Positions 11,501 to 18,701 of a stretch of 64,000 bases of DNA are shown piece by piece. The translations under genes were made by a program, and so were the position numbers. Below the pieces are notes generated by a model, which had not been told where the DNA came from, ran no database searches, and saw only the letters and a program-made list of their open reading frames with translations. The stretch covers positions 1,024,001-1,088,000 of the forward strand of contig OZ243927.1 of the NCBI GenBank assembly GCA_965213925.1. The letters run 5' to 3'. Position 1 is the stretch's first letter, and every line of letters begins with the position of its first letter. The DNA is from Trueperaceae bacterium. Its GTDB lineage: Bacteria > Deinococcota > Deinococci > Deinococcales > Trueperaceae.

Positions 11501-11519
11501 AGTTTACGTAACGTAAACT
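11501..11519. promoter_or_regulatory. Palindromic operator upstream of the sugar-utilisation genes
   Basis: Perfect AGTTTACGT-A-ACGTAAACT, 43 bp upstream of the isomerase start. Confidence 0.6.
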
Positions 11520-11780
11520 CTACGGTTTGGAGCGGGGCGGCGTCAAGTGATACGAGGTTGCACGACATAGTTTGCAAAACTATGTCGTGCCCATCTGTGA
11601 TGGTAAGCTCTAACGCCCTCAGCAAGGATAAGTAAACCGTGCAATTCCGTATGAGCCGCGAAGAGGTTGCTGAGCCTCTCTTATTCTGTCTCGAGGTACA
11701 GATCGAGCTACAAGTCTCGGCGAAATGTAAAGGTCACGCCGCGCGCACTACTTCTCAAGGGCGCATGTAACACTACTTTT

Positions 11781-12761
11781 ATGAACGTCCACCTCGTCGC
11801 GGTACAAGCGGCCATGCAGCTCAGCGACTACGAAAGCGCAGCGACTTTTGAGTCTAAAGTGTTGGCGCTGACCCGCCGCGCCGTGTCAGGTTTGGACGAC
11901 GCGCCTAAACTCGTTGCGTTTCCCGAGACGATAGGGTTTCCTCTTCTCACCTTGGGTGATTACGACGCCGTATCTCGGATGAGCCGCGTCTCTGAGGTGA
12001 TGCGCTACCTCTTAGGGCGCTACTGGCGCGAGGTGCTCCGCGCTGCGTGGCGCTGGCGTGTGGTCGGGCTGGGGGCGCTGCACCTCTCGAGGGCACTACC
12101 CGCTTATCTTGCTTATAAGAATGCGTTCAGTAAAGCGGCGCAATCTTACGGCGTGACGGTCGTGGCGGGCTCGCTCTTCTTACCCCACATCGAAGAGGAG
12201 GCGACGAGAGGGGTGCACATTACGGATAGGCGCGTGTACAATGTCGCATATAGCTTTTCTCCTACAGGCTGCATTATCAACCGCTCGAGCAAGCGCCACC
12301 TAACGCCTGGTGCGGAATCTCGAGCGGGTCTTTCGCGCGCTAGAGAATGCCCTCAACCCTTCGAGACACCCGCCGGGCGCGTCGCCGTCGCCGTCTGCTT
12401 AGACGGATTTTACAGCTCGCCTATCGAACATTTCGACGGTCTCGGCGCGCAAATCGTGGTGCAGCCTAGCGCGAACCACGCTCCCTGGGATAGAAGATGG
12501 CCCGCTGACCCCTCACTGTCTGAAGGCGAAGCGTGGCTGCAAAGGGGGCTGCGGGCGCAGCTCCAAGGGCGGCTCCACCTGCGCTACGGCGTCAACCCGA
12601 TGATGGTAGGGGATATGTGGGATTTGCGCCCGAGAGGACGCTCGAGCCTCCTCGTCAATACACGTTTTAGGGACGCCGAGACGGAAGGGTACCGGGGCGT
12701 CTTGGCGCTCGCCGAGACCGACGATCAAGAGGAGGTCGTGCGCGCCGAAGTGACATTTTAG
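11781..12761 (+). CDS. Carbon-nitrogen hydrolase (nitrilase superfamily)
   Basis: Triad E (AFPE), K (SKRHL), C (VCLDGF). Start moved to ATG 11781 (MNVHLVAVQ). Confidence 0.85.
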   Translation: MNVHLVAVQAAMQLSDYESAATFESKVLALTRRAVSGLDDAPKLVAFPETIGFPLLTLGDYDAVSRMSRVSEVMRYLLGRYWREVLRAAWRWRVVGLGALHLSRALPAYLAYKNAFSKAAQSYGVTVVAGSLFLPHIEEEATRGVHITDRRVYNVAYSFSPTGCIINRSSKRHLTPGAESRAGLSRARECPQPFETPAGRVAVAVCLDGFYSSPIEHFDGLGAQIVVQPSANHAPWDRRWPADPSLSEGEAWLQRGLRAQLQGRLHLRYGVNPMMVGDMWDLRPRGRSSLLVNTRFRDAETEGYRGVLALAETDDQEEVVRAEVTF

Positions 12762-12869
12762 TGGCGCTTCCCCGGCGTTAGGAACTCGCTCGAGGCTCCC
12801 TCACGTAAGGAATCCTACATCTCGCCGCAAACCGTTTCGAAAGGTGCTGGGAGGCGTTAGAGTAGAAAG

Positions 12870-13685
12870 GTGACTGGAACGTTAGGACTCTTCTCTCTGG
12901 TTGACCTCTTTCAACTTTTAACGGCCTCCTCGAGGACAGGTCGTCTCTTGGTCGAACACCCTGAAGGTACCGCTCGCGTCTACTTCGATAGGGGCAAGGT
13001 CGTGCACGCCGAATTCGGCGAGGCGAAGGGCGTCGAGGCGGTCTACCACCTCTTCGGCGACGAGCGCGGCTCCTTCGAGTTCGGGCTAGGATTGCCCGCG
13101 CCCGACACGACGATTCAAACGAGCACCGACAATCTGCTGTTAGAGGCGATCCGCCGCGTGGACGAATACCGCCGCGACAACCCCGAGCCGAGCCCGCCAC
13201 CCTACACACCCGACGCGGTGCCCGCGCCTGCCAAGGAGGAGGCGAGCAAACTCACGCTCGCGGACCAAGAGGCGGAGGTGTTGCGCTTAGCCAACGGCGG
13301 GCGCAACCTGAGCGAGATCGCGCAGAGTGCCGGGTTGGAATTAGGCGAAGTCCGCGAGATCGTCTCGCGGCTTTCGCAGGTAGGGGCGCTCGAGCTGAAG
13401 AACAGAAAACCCCGCGTCGCTCGGCTCGTCGCCCAGCTCGGCAAGCGTCTGCCGAGAGGCACAGTCGGCGTCGACGAGCAGATTTTGGCGAACTGGGCGC
13501 GGATGCTCGGTGAGCCGACCGCGCGCGTCGCCTGCCGCCGCCCCGACGGTAAGGTAGACGTTTACGCGGTGCAGTCGGTGACGGGTGCGGGTCCCTATCT
13601 GCTCCTGTCTAAAGAGACGCTCTTCGCGGCGAACCTCGCGGTCAACACGGCGCTGCTCGTTAAACCTGCCAACGGGCTGAATTAG
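12870..13685 (+). CDS. DUF4388 (PATAN-like) domain protein with a winged-helix segment
   Basis: MTGTLGLFSLVDLFQLL...TGRL...VYFDRGKVVHA...LLLEAIRRVDE. Confidence 0.85.
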   Translation: MTGTLGLFSLVDLFQLLTASSRTGRLLVEHPEGTARVYFDRGKVVHAEFGEAKGVEAVYHLFGDERGSFEFGLGLPAPDTTIQTSTDNLLLEAIRRVDEYRRDNPEPSPPPYTPDAVPAPAKEEASKLTLADQEAEVLRLANGGRNLSEIAQSAGLELGEVREIVSRLSQVGALELKNRKPRVARLVAQLGKRLPRGTVGVDEQILANWARMLGEPTARVACRRPDGKVDVYAVQSVTGAGPYLLLSKETLFAANLAVNTALLVKPANGLN

Positions 13686-13778
13686 CGTACATAGCAAGTA
13701 ATACCGAAACTCACGCAAGCCCTAACCCTAAGCGTGACGCAAACCTAATGAGGATGAAAAACTCGGTAAACTAGAGGC

Positions 13779-14837
13779 GTGCAAGGCGACACTCACGTTT
13801 CTACCTCAGATATTCCCCGAGCTTCCCTGCTGAGAACGCCGCGCGGGGGTCCGCTGGTACAGTGGCGGCGCTATCCCTTCCCGCTCGAGTGGTCGCGGCA
13901 CTTTGGTAAGTCTGGAGCGCCGCTGCACCTCGAGGTGGGCTTCGGCGACGGACGCTACACCGTGCGCCGCGCACTAAGTGCACCAGGGGAAGCGTTCGTC
14001 GGTCTGGAGATTTCCGGCGCGAGTTTGCTGCGGGGGCTCAAAAATATCGAACGCCACCGCGTCACCAACGTGCGCCTCCTCAAAGCGAACGCGAACTTCG
14101 CCGTGCAGCACCTTTTCGCGCCCCGCTCGCTCGCGTCAATCACCGTCAACTTCCCCGACCCCTGGCCCAAGGAGAAGCACGAAGAGAACCGCCTCTTGCG
14201 CGTCCCCTTCTTCCAATTAGCGGCGAGCCGCCTCGTTCCCGGCGGCGAAATTTGCCTCGCGACGGACCACCCGGCTTACCTAGCCTTTGCTCAGAGCGAG
14301 GCGCAGCGAACCGGACTGTTTGACCTTAGAGACGCGGAGCCGCCGCAGGCTGTGTTCGAAACCAAGTACGCGCTCAAGTGGAAGGCGCAGGGCAAGCCTC
14401 TTTACTATCAAATTTTTAGCTGTTACGGCGCTGAAGTAAAACCCGACTATCCCATCCTAGAGAGAGTTGACACCATGCCTCACGCGATTTTGACGGGTGC
14501 GCTGCCGGAGCACGCCCCCTTCGATAAACAGGTCATCCCTTACGCTTCGGGTCACGTGATCTTGCATGAGGTCGCCCGCTCGCTCGGCAACGCGCCGAGC
14601 AACACGTCCGGAGACGCGGGCGAAAGGTGGCTCGTGCGCACGACGACCGAGGAGAAAGACTTACGTCAGCAAGTGCTCGTGACGGTGCGTTCGCGCGGCG
14701 AGGGCGAACTGATCGTGGGCTTAGAGCCCTTCGGCGATCCCGTCGTAACTCAAGTCGTACGCGGCGCGGTCCACGCCGTGACCGAATGGCTGCTCACGCT
14801 GCCCGCCGACCTCCGCGTGAAGTCCCGAGCTTACTGA
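13779..14837 (+). CDS. trmB: tRNA (guanine-N7)-methyltransferase with C-terminal extension
   Basis: LEVGFGDG, GLEI, NFPDPWPK.KH..RL, ATDH, TKY..KW. Confidence 0.94.
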   Translation: MQGDTHVSTSDIPRASLLRTPRGGPLVQWRRYPFPLEWSRHFGKSGAPLHLEVGFGDGRYTVRRALSAPGEAFVGLEISGASLLRGLKNIERHRVTNVRLLKANANFAVQHLFAPRSLASITVNFPDPWPKEKHEENRLLRVPFFQLAASRLVPGGEICLATDHPAYLAFAQSEAQRTGLFDLRDAEPPQAVFETKYALKWKAQGKPLYYQIFSCYGAEVKPDYPILERVDTMPHAILTGALPEHAPFDKQVIPYASGHVILHEVARSLGNAPSNTSGDAGERWLVRTTTEEKDLRQQVLVTVRSRGEGELIVGLEPFGDPVVTQVVRGAVHAVTEWLLTLPADLRVKSRAY

Positions 14838-14853
14838 TGTCCTTAGCGCTCCT

Positions 14854-15405
14854 ATGAAATACGAACCGACCCCGGAAGTGAGGCGCAAGGCTGAGGCTGC
14901 TGGCATCGATTTAGACGCCCTCGAGCAGAGCGACCCGACCACCTACGCCATGCTGAACGCGCAGCGCGCCGTGCAGGTCTCGCCGCAGCTCAAAGAGGTT
15001 GCGGGAGAGGCGCTTTTCAGCACGTTTCCCGAGCGTCAGATTTTTGACATGCCGCAAAGTCCACCGGGAGATACCCGGCTCAACCTGCTCGTCTTTCCGC
15101 CCCTGAATGACGCTGAATGGGTACGTTTAGACGAAACGCTCGCCTCTCTAGCGACCCGCCTTCCCCTCGAGCACGCTTTCTACCGCGTCGTCAGCGACGC
15201 GGTAGGCGAACGCCGCGAGCTAGCCCTGCCCATTGCGCCGGGCAACTGGCGTGGGCAGGGCGGGGTCATGGTCGGCCCGTTTGCGAGCGACGCGGCCGCT
15301 AAAACCTGGGGTGACGCACATGTAGACGCCTCGAGCGGTCTAGTCAGCGATACCCTGCCCTACAGCGGCGCGTGGTTTTGTGACCTTTTCCGGGGCGACA
15401 CGTAA
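14854..15405 (+). CDS. Hypothetical protein
   Basis: 183-aa ORF immediately after trmB, same strand. Confidence 0.7.
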   Translation: MKYEPTPEVRRKAEAAGIDLDALEQSDPTTYAMLNAQRAVQVSPQLKEVAGEALFSTFPERQIFDMPQSPPGDTRLNLLVFPPLNDAEWVRLDETLASLATRLPLEHAFYRVVSDAVGERRELALPIAPGNWRGQGGVMVGPFASDAAAKTWGDAHVDASSGLVSDTLPYSGAWFCDLFRGDT

Positions 15406-15409
15406 CGGC

Positions 15410-15718
15410 TTAACTTAAAGAGGTCGCGACTTCGGCGTTCCCCAACCGCAAGTGTGTCCCGTCCTCTAGGGTGAGGTCGCCCTCCGCCGTGATGCCGCCA
15501 ATCACGATGGTGCCAGGTCGCACCTCTCCGCCCGTAAGCGTCGCGACTTTGTACGCGATAAAGTTGTCCCGGTAGATGAGCAGTTCGGTGCCGTCTTCGC
15601 AGTTCAAGCAGGTGGCTAGCTCGAGGCTTTCTTGTCCGACACTCTCCTGCCTGAGACTCTGTTTCTGTTCGGGTGAGGTGATGACGACGTAGCGTTTGTT
15701 GAGTTTATGATTGAGCAT
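15410..15718 (-). CDS. Small hypothetical protein, divergent from the HD-GYP gene
   Basis: 102 aa, ATG with an AAGGGGG RBS; CxxC (CLNC). Confidence 0.65.
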   Translation of the reverse strand: MLNHKLNKRYVVITSPEQKQSLRQESVGQESLELATCLNCEDGTELLIYRDNFIAYKVATLTGGEVRPGTIVIGGITAEGDLTLEDGTHLRLGNAEVATSLS

Positions 15719-16171
15719 ATAAACCCCCTTCAGGTTTTCGCAGTTTTATTCGGCATTTTATTAGCCGACAACGTTCCATTCGGCGTAACGCCGAGCATCT
15801 CCGTATCCCGGTATCGCTGCCCAACGCTGATGTGATGGAAGGTCTAGCTGGTTGCCGTAAGCGCTGCCCACGCTCTATGTCTAGAAGTTCACAGTACTCC
15901 AAAAAGAGCGCTGAGCGGGGTCATATGTCACGGTGTTTATACACAGCCTTATGAGAGGCTTGGGTAGGGGTGCAGTATTCTCTACTTTTACCGAACGAAG
16001 GGGAAGCTCCGCCCGACTTTTCCAGCAACTACCCACACGAACCCAAGCGTAAAGAGTTAAGTTGGTCACATTGAGCGCATTTGCGACTCAGGTCGCCCTT
16101 CACCCGTGCAATACTAGGGGGTGTTTCGCGCCAAGCTGCGGCTAACGACTTAGGTGAGGGGGTGAAGAGAA

Positions 16172-17095
16172 ATGAACGACGTGGACGAAGCTGCCTTACC
16201 GCAGGGGCTATCCCTCCGCAAGAAAGGGGAGAGCCTCGAGACGGTCTCCTCGAAAGCGATTGAGTTACAGCTTTTAGTGGCGAGTCAAGGCGTAGAGATT
16301 CTTGAAGGGCAACTTCATAAAGGTGAGCGTATAACCCTCATTCCCTCAGGTAAAGCGGTAGAAACGTACTATATTTTAGAAGGACAGTTACGTGGCGACG
16401 CAGCTTCCGGGTCTACGGTTGTCGGTGCGGGAGATTATCTCGTGACAGAGTCGCTAGAGACGTCCTATACCCTGCTCGCGCAAACCGACGTTCGCTTTCT
16501 CTATTTCACCTCAAAGCCCACCTTTCACGAAATAAGCGAAGAGCTTGGCGATCTGATGCAGCTCGCCGTCGAAGTCGAAGTTAAAGACGGCTACACGAGT
16601 GAGCATTGCAGGCGCTTACAGGTACTCTCTTACGCTGCGGGTCAAGAACTTGGTTTAGGGCAAGACAGACTCTATCTCTTGGATTACGGCGCGTATCTGC
16701 ACGACGTGGGCAAGGTCAAAGTGCCCGTCAATATTTTGCGTAAACCTTCCACCTTGACGCAAGCGGAGTGGACGCTCATGAAAAAGCATCCTACGTTCGG
16801 GCGCGAACTCCTCGAGAAAACCTACTTGAAAAGAGCCGGTATCATCGTCGAGCAACATCATGAGCGCTTAGACGGAAGCGGCTATCCCCACGCACTCTCT
16901 GGGGAGGACGTTCTGGTCGAGTCTTATATCGTCGCCGTCGCGGACGCCTACGACGCGATGACGACAGACCGCCCCTACCGCCGCGCTGCGCCGCCAGAGC
17001 ATGCGTTTGCCGAGCTTAGGAGATACGCCGGGATATACTATCCAAAAGAGGTCGTGGACGCCTTTATTTCGGTCGTGATGAGAAAAGCGCTTTAG
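16172..17095 (+). CDS. Cupin-like + HD-GYP c-di-GMP phosphodiesterase
   Basis: C-terminal KD.YT..H..R, YLHDVGK, HHERLDGSGYP, VADAYDAMTTDRPYR; N-terminal cupin-like ETYYILEG..GAGD. Confidence 0.92.
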   Translation: MNDVDEAALPQGLSLRKKGESLETVSSKAIELQLLVASQGVEILEGQLHKGERITLIPSGKAVETYYILEGQLRGDAASGSTVVGAGDYLVTESLETSYTLLAQTDVRFLYFTSKPTFHEISEELGDLMQLAVEVEVKDGYTSEHCRRLQVLSYAAGQELGLGQDRLYLLDYGAYLHDVGKVKVPVNILRKPSTLTQAEWTLMKKHPTFGRELLEKTYLKRAGIIVEQHHERLDGSGYPHALSGEDVLVESYIVAVADAYDAMTTDRPYRRAAPPEHAFAELRRYAGIYYPKEVVDAFISVVMRKAL

Positions 17096-17570
17096 TAGCG
17101 TTACCTAAAAATTTACGTGCCCGGCTGAAAATAGGTGAGCGAATGTTATCGCATCCGCAGTTTCGCACATTTTGCTGGCTAAGCGCTCGAGAAGGCACAA
17201 AGCGCAACGTTAATATTATTCCTAGTTCGCTCTATATTCGGCTTACCGACTTGAGACGTGGCAAATCACTACGCCAGAGCCAAAATGTAATTAGTATCAC
17301 AGCGTATGCGCGTACTTGTTTCAACTATTGAAATGATTTCCACAAACAGCATCAACCTATCTTCAAAAATAAAAAGATGAGAGCCGTTCGCGCGTTGAAA
17401 AACCCTTAATGTTCGTTCAGAACGAATAAGAAGAATTTCACGCACTATTAAAAAAGCTTCTATGAGTTTCTAGTGTGCCTGATATCACTTGTTCTCATGG
17501 TTGTGAGAATTTCACCTCTAAGTATTTCAATACCCATGATACGTTGTCTTTCGAGGTTGATAAGCCTCAT

Positions 17571-17713
17571 CGGAAGCGACGACTTCTGCCCCGCAAGGAG
17601 CCTTTAGCTATCATGCCGTTATCAAACGCGCTGGCTCGATGACCAGATGCTACCTGCTGCTAAAGGCTCTTCTGGGCGCTTGGGACAGAAGAAGCTAGTA
17701 GCGCAACCGGCCG
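17571..17713 (+). ncRNA. c-di-GMP-II riboswitch with a large insertion in the L3 loop
   Basis: CGG-AAGC-GACGA-CTTCTGCCC..[81 nt]..TGGGCGCTT-GGGACAGAAG-AA-GCT-AGTAGCGCAACCGGCCG. Matches the class-II pattern (..UGGGCACUU..GUUAGUAGUGCAACCGACCG, recalled consensus) with compensatory changes in P2 (AGC/GCT) and the pseudoknot (GCGCT/AGCGC). Confidence 0.85.
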
Positions 17714-17782
17714 GGAAACTCTTCCGGACAACTTGAAAAGCTTCGGAAAACCGGAGCACGCCATATCAGGGAGGATATGAAA

Positions 17783-17914
17783 ATGAAAAAGTCACTTATT
17801 AAAGCGTTGGTTCTTACTCTTACTCTTACTGCGTTTGGTACGGTCTCGACGGCGAGCGCCGCCAAAGGCTCGGACAAGGCTCCGTCAGTTCAGAAGTTTA
17901 GAGTCAACCGCTAA
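17783..17914 (+). CDS. Small secreted peptide 1, 43 aa: MKKSLIKALVLTLTLTAFGTVSTASA|AKGSDKAPSVQKFRVNR
   Basis: GGGAGG RBS 8 nt upstream (alternative in-frame ATG at 17777); Sec signal with an A-S-A site; paralog downstream; own terminator. Confidence 0.88.
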   Translation: MKKSLIKALVLTLTLTAFGTVSTASAAKGSDKAPSVQKFRVNR

Positions 17915-17933
17915 AGGTTAAAAGTTCACCAAT

Positions 17934-17969
17934 AAGCTCCTCTACAAAGATGTAGAGGAGCTTTCTTTT
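17934..17969 (+). terminator. Intrinsic terminator of peptide 1
   Basis: Perfect 13-bp stem AAGCTCCTCTACA/TGTAGAGGAGCTT followed by TCTTTT. Confidence 0.88.
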
Positions 17970-18004
17970 GCCTATTTTTCGCTGTGAAGTTTTCCACATT
18001 GTAG

Positions 18005-18034
18005 TTGACGCTTCAAAGGTGAGCAGGTTAAACT
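18005..18034 (+). promoter_or_regulatory. Sigma70-type promoter of peptide 2
   Basis: TTGACG-N18-TAAACT, between terminator 1 and the peptide 2 RBS. Confidence 0.6.
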
Positions 18035-18076
18035 CGCTTGTCTGCAGACGAAATTTAGGGATAAAAGAGGGTGAAC

Positions 18077-18202
18077 ATGAAGAAACTCACAAGCCTAACG
18101 CTCGTTTTGGTACTAGCTATCTGTGGTTTATCTGTAGCGTCTGCTGGCTCCTCCACTTCGGATGGTGAACCGTCGGTTCAGAAGTACAGAGTCAACCGCT
18201 AA
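18077..18202 (+). CDS. Small secreted peptide 2, 41 aa: MKKLTSLTLVLVLAICGLSVASA|GSSTSDGEPSVQKYRVNR
   Basis: AAGAGGGTG RBS; Sec signal with an A-S-A site; last 10 aa match peptide 1 at 9/10 positions. Confidence 0.88.
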   Translation: MKKLTSLTLVLVLAICGLSVASAGSSTSDGEPSVQKYRVNR

Positions 18203-18220
18203 ATCATAAGAGATACGTCT

Positions 18221-18253
18221 GAGCGTCTCCGCGCGGAAGCGGAGGCGCTTTTT
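18221..18253 (+). terminator. Intrinsic terminator of peptide 2
   Basis: Stem GAGCGTCTCCGC/GCGGAGGCGCTT followed by a T-run. Confidence 0.8.
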
Positions 18254-18265
18254 CATGTTCTAAGG

Positions 18266-18694
18266 CTAAAGGTCGCGCGCCAAGAAGCGAATCGCAGCCT
18301 CGTAACCGTAGATTCCCAACCCTGCAACCGTTCCTACACAAACCGCTGAGAGGTAGCTGTGGTGCCTGAACGCTTCCCTCGCGTGGACGTTGGAGATGTG
18401 GACCTCGACGGCGGGCGTAGGGATGCTAGCGACCGCGTCGCGTAGGGCGACGGAGGTGTGCGTAAGACCTCCAGGATTGATGACGACGCCTCGCACGTCC
18501 CCGCTGACGGTTTCGTGAAGCCAGTCGATGAGCTGACCCTCGTGGTTGCTTTGGCGGCACCTCGCGCTCGTCCCGACCTCCTCTGCCCAACGTTCACACC
18601 GCGTCTCTAGGTCTTTGAGCGTCGCGCTGCCGTACACGCCTGGCTCGCGCGTTCCTAAGAGGTTGAGGTTGGGGCCGTTGAGGACTAGAATCAT
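18266..18694 (-). CDS. aroQ: Type II 3-dehydroquinate dehydratase
   Basis: LNGPNLNLLGTREP..YG, QSNHEG, NPGGLTHTS, EVHISN..ARE.FRH.S. Confidence 0.97.
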   Translation of the reverse strand: MILVLNGPNLNLLGTREPGVYGSATLKDLETRCERWAEEVGTSARCRQSNHEGQLIDWLHETVSGDVRGVVINPGGLTHTSVALRDAVASIPTPAVEVHISNVHAREAFRHHSYLSAVCVGTVAGLGIYGYEAAIRFLARDL

Positions 18695-18701
18695 GCGGTT
18701 A

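Noticed and set aside
15966..16007. TPP-riboswitch-like ends (AGGGGTGC..GAAGGGGAAGC)
   Set aside because: Lacks the CTGAGA and ACCTGAT core, and there is no thiamine gene context.
17695..18168. ORF-track entries 17695..17877 (-) and 17968..18168 (+)
   Set aside because: They are shadows of the two peptide genes, which have RBSs, signal peptides, mutual homology and terminators.
18077..18202. Peptide 2 as a lipoprotein (LAIC) or a type I toxin
   Set aside because: Ile at -1 breaks the lipobox and the paralog has no Cys. Both have an ASA signal-peptidase site and a conserved polar tail. I identified no antisense antitoxin unit.
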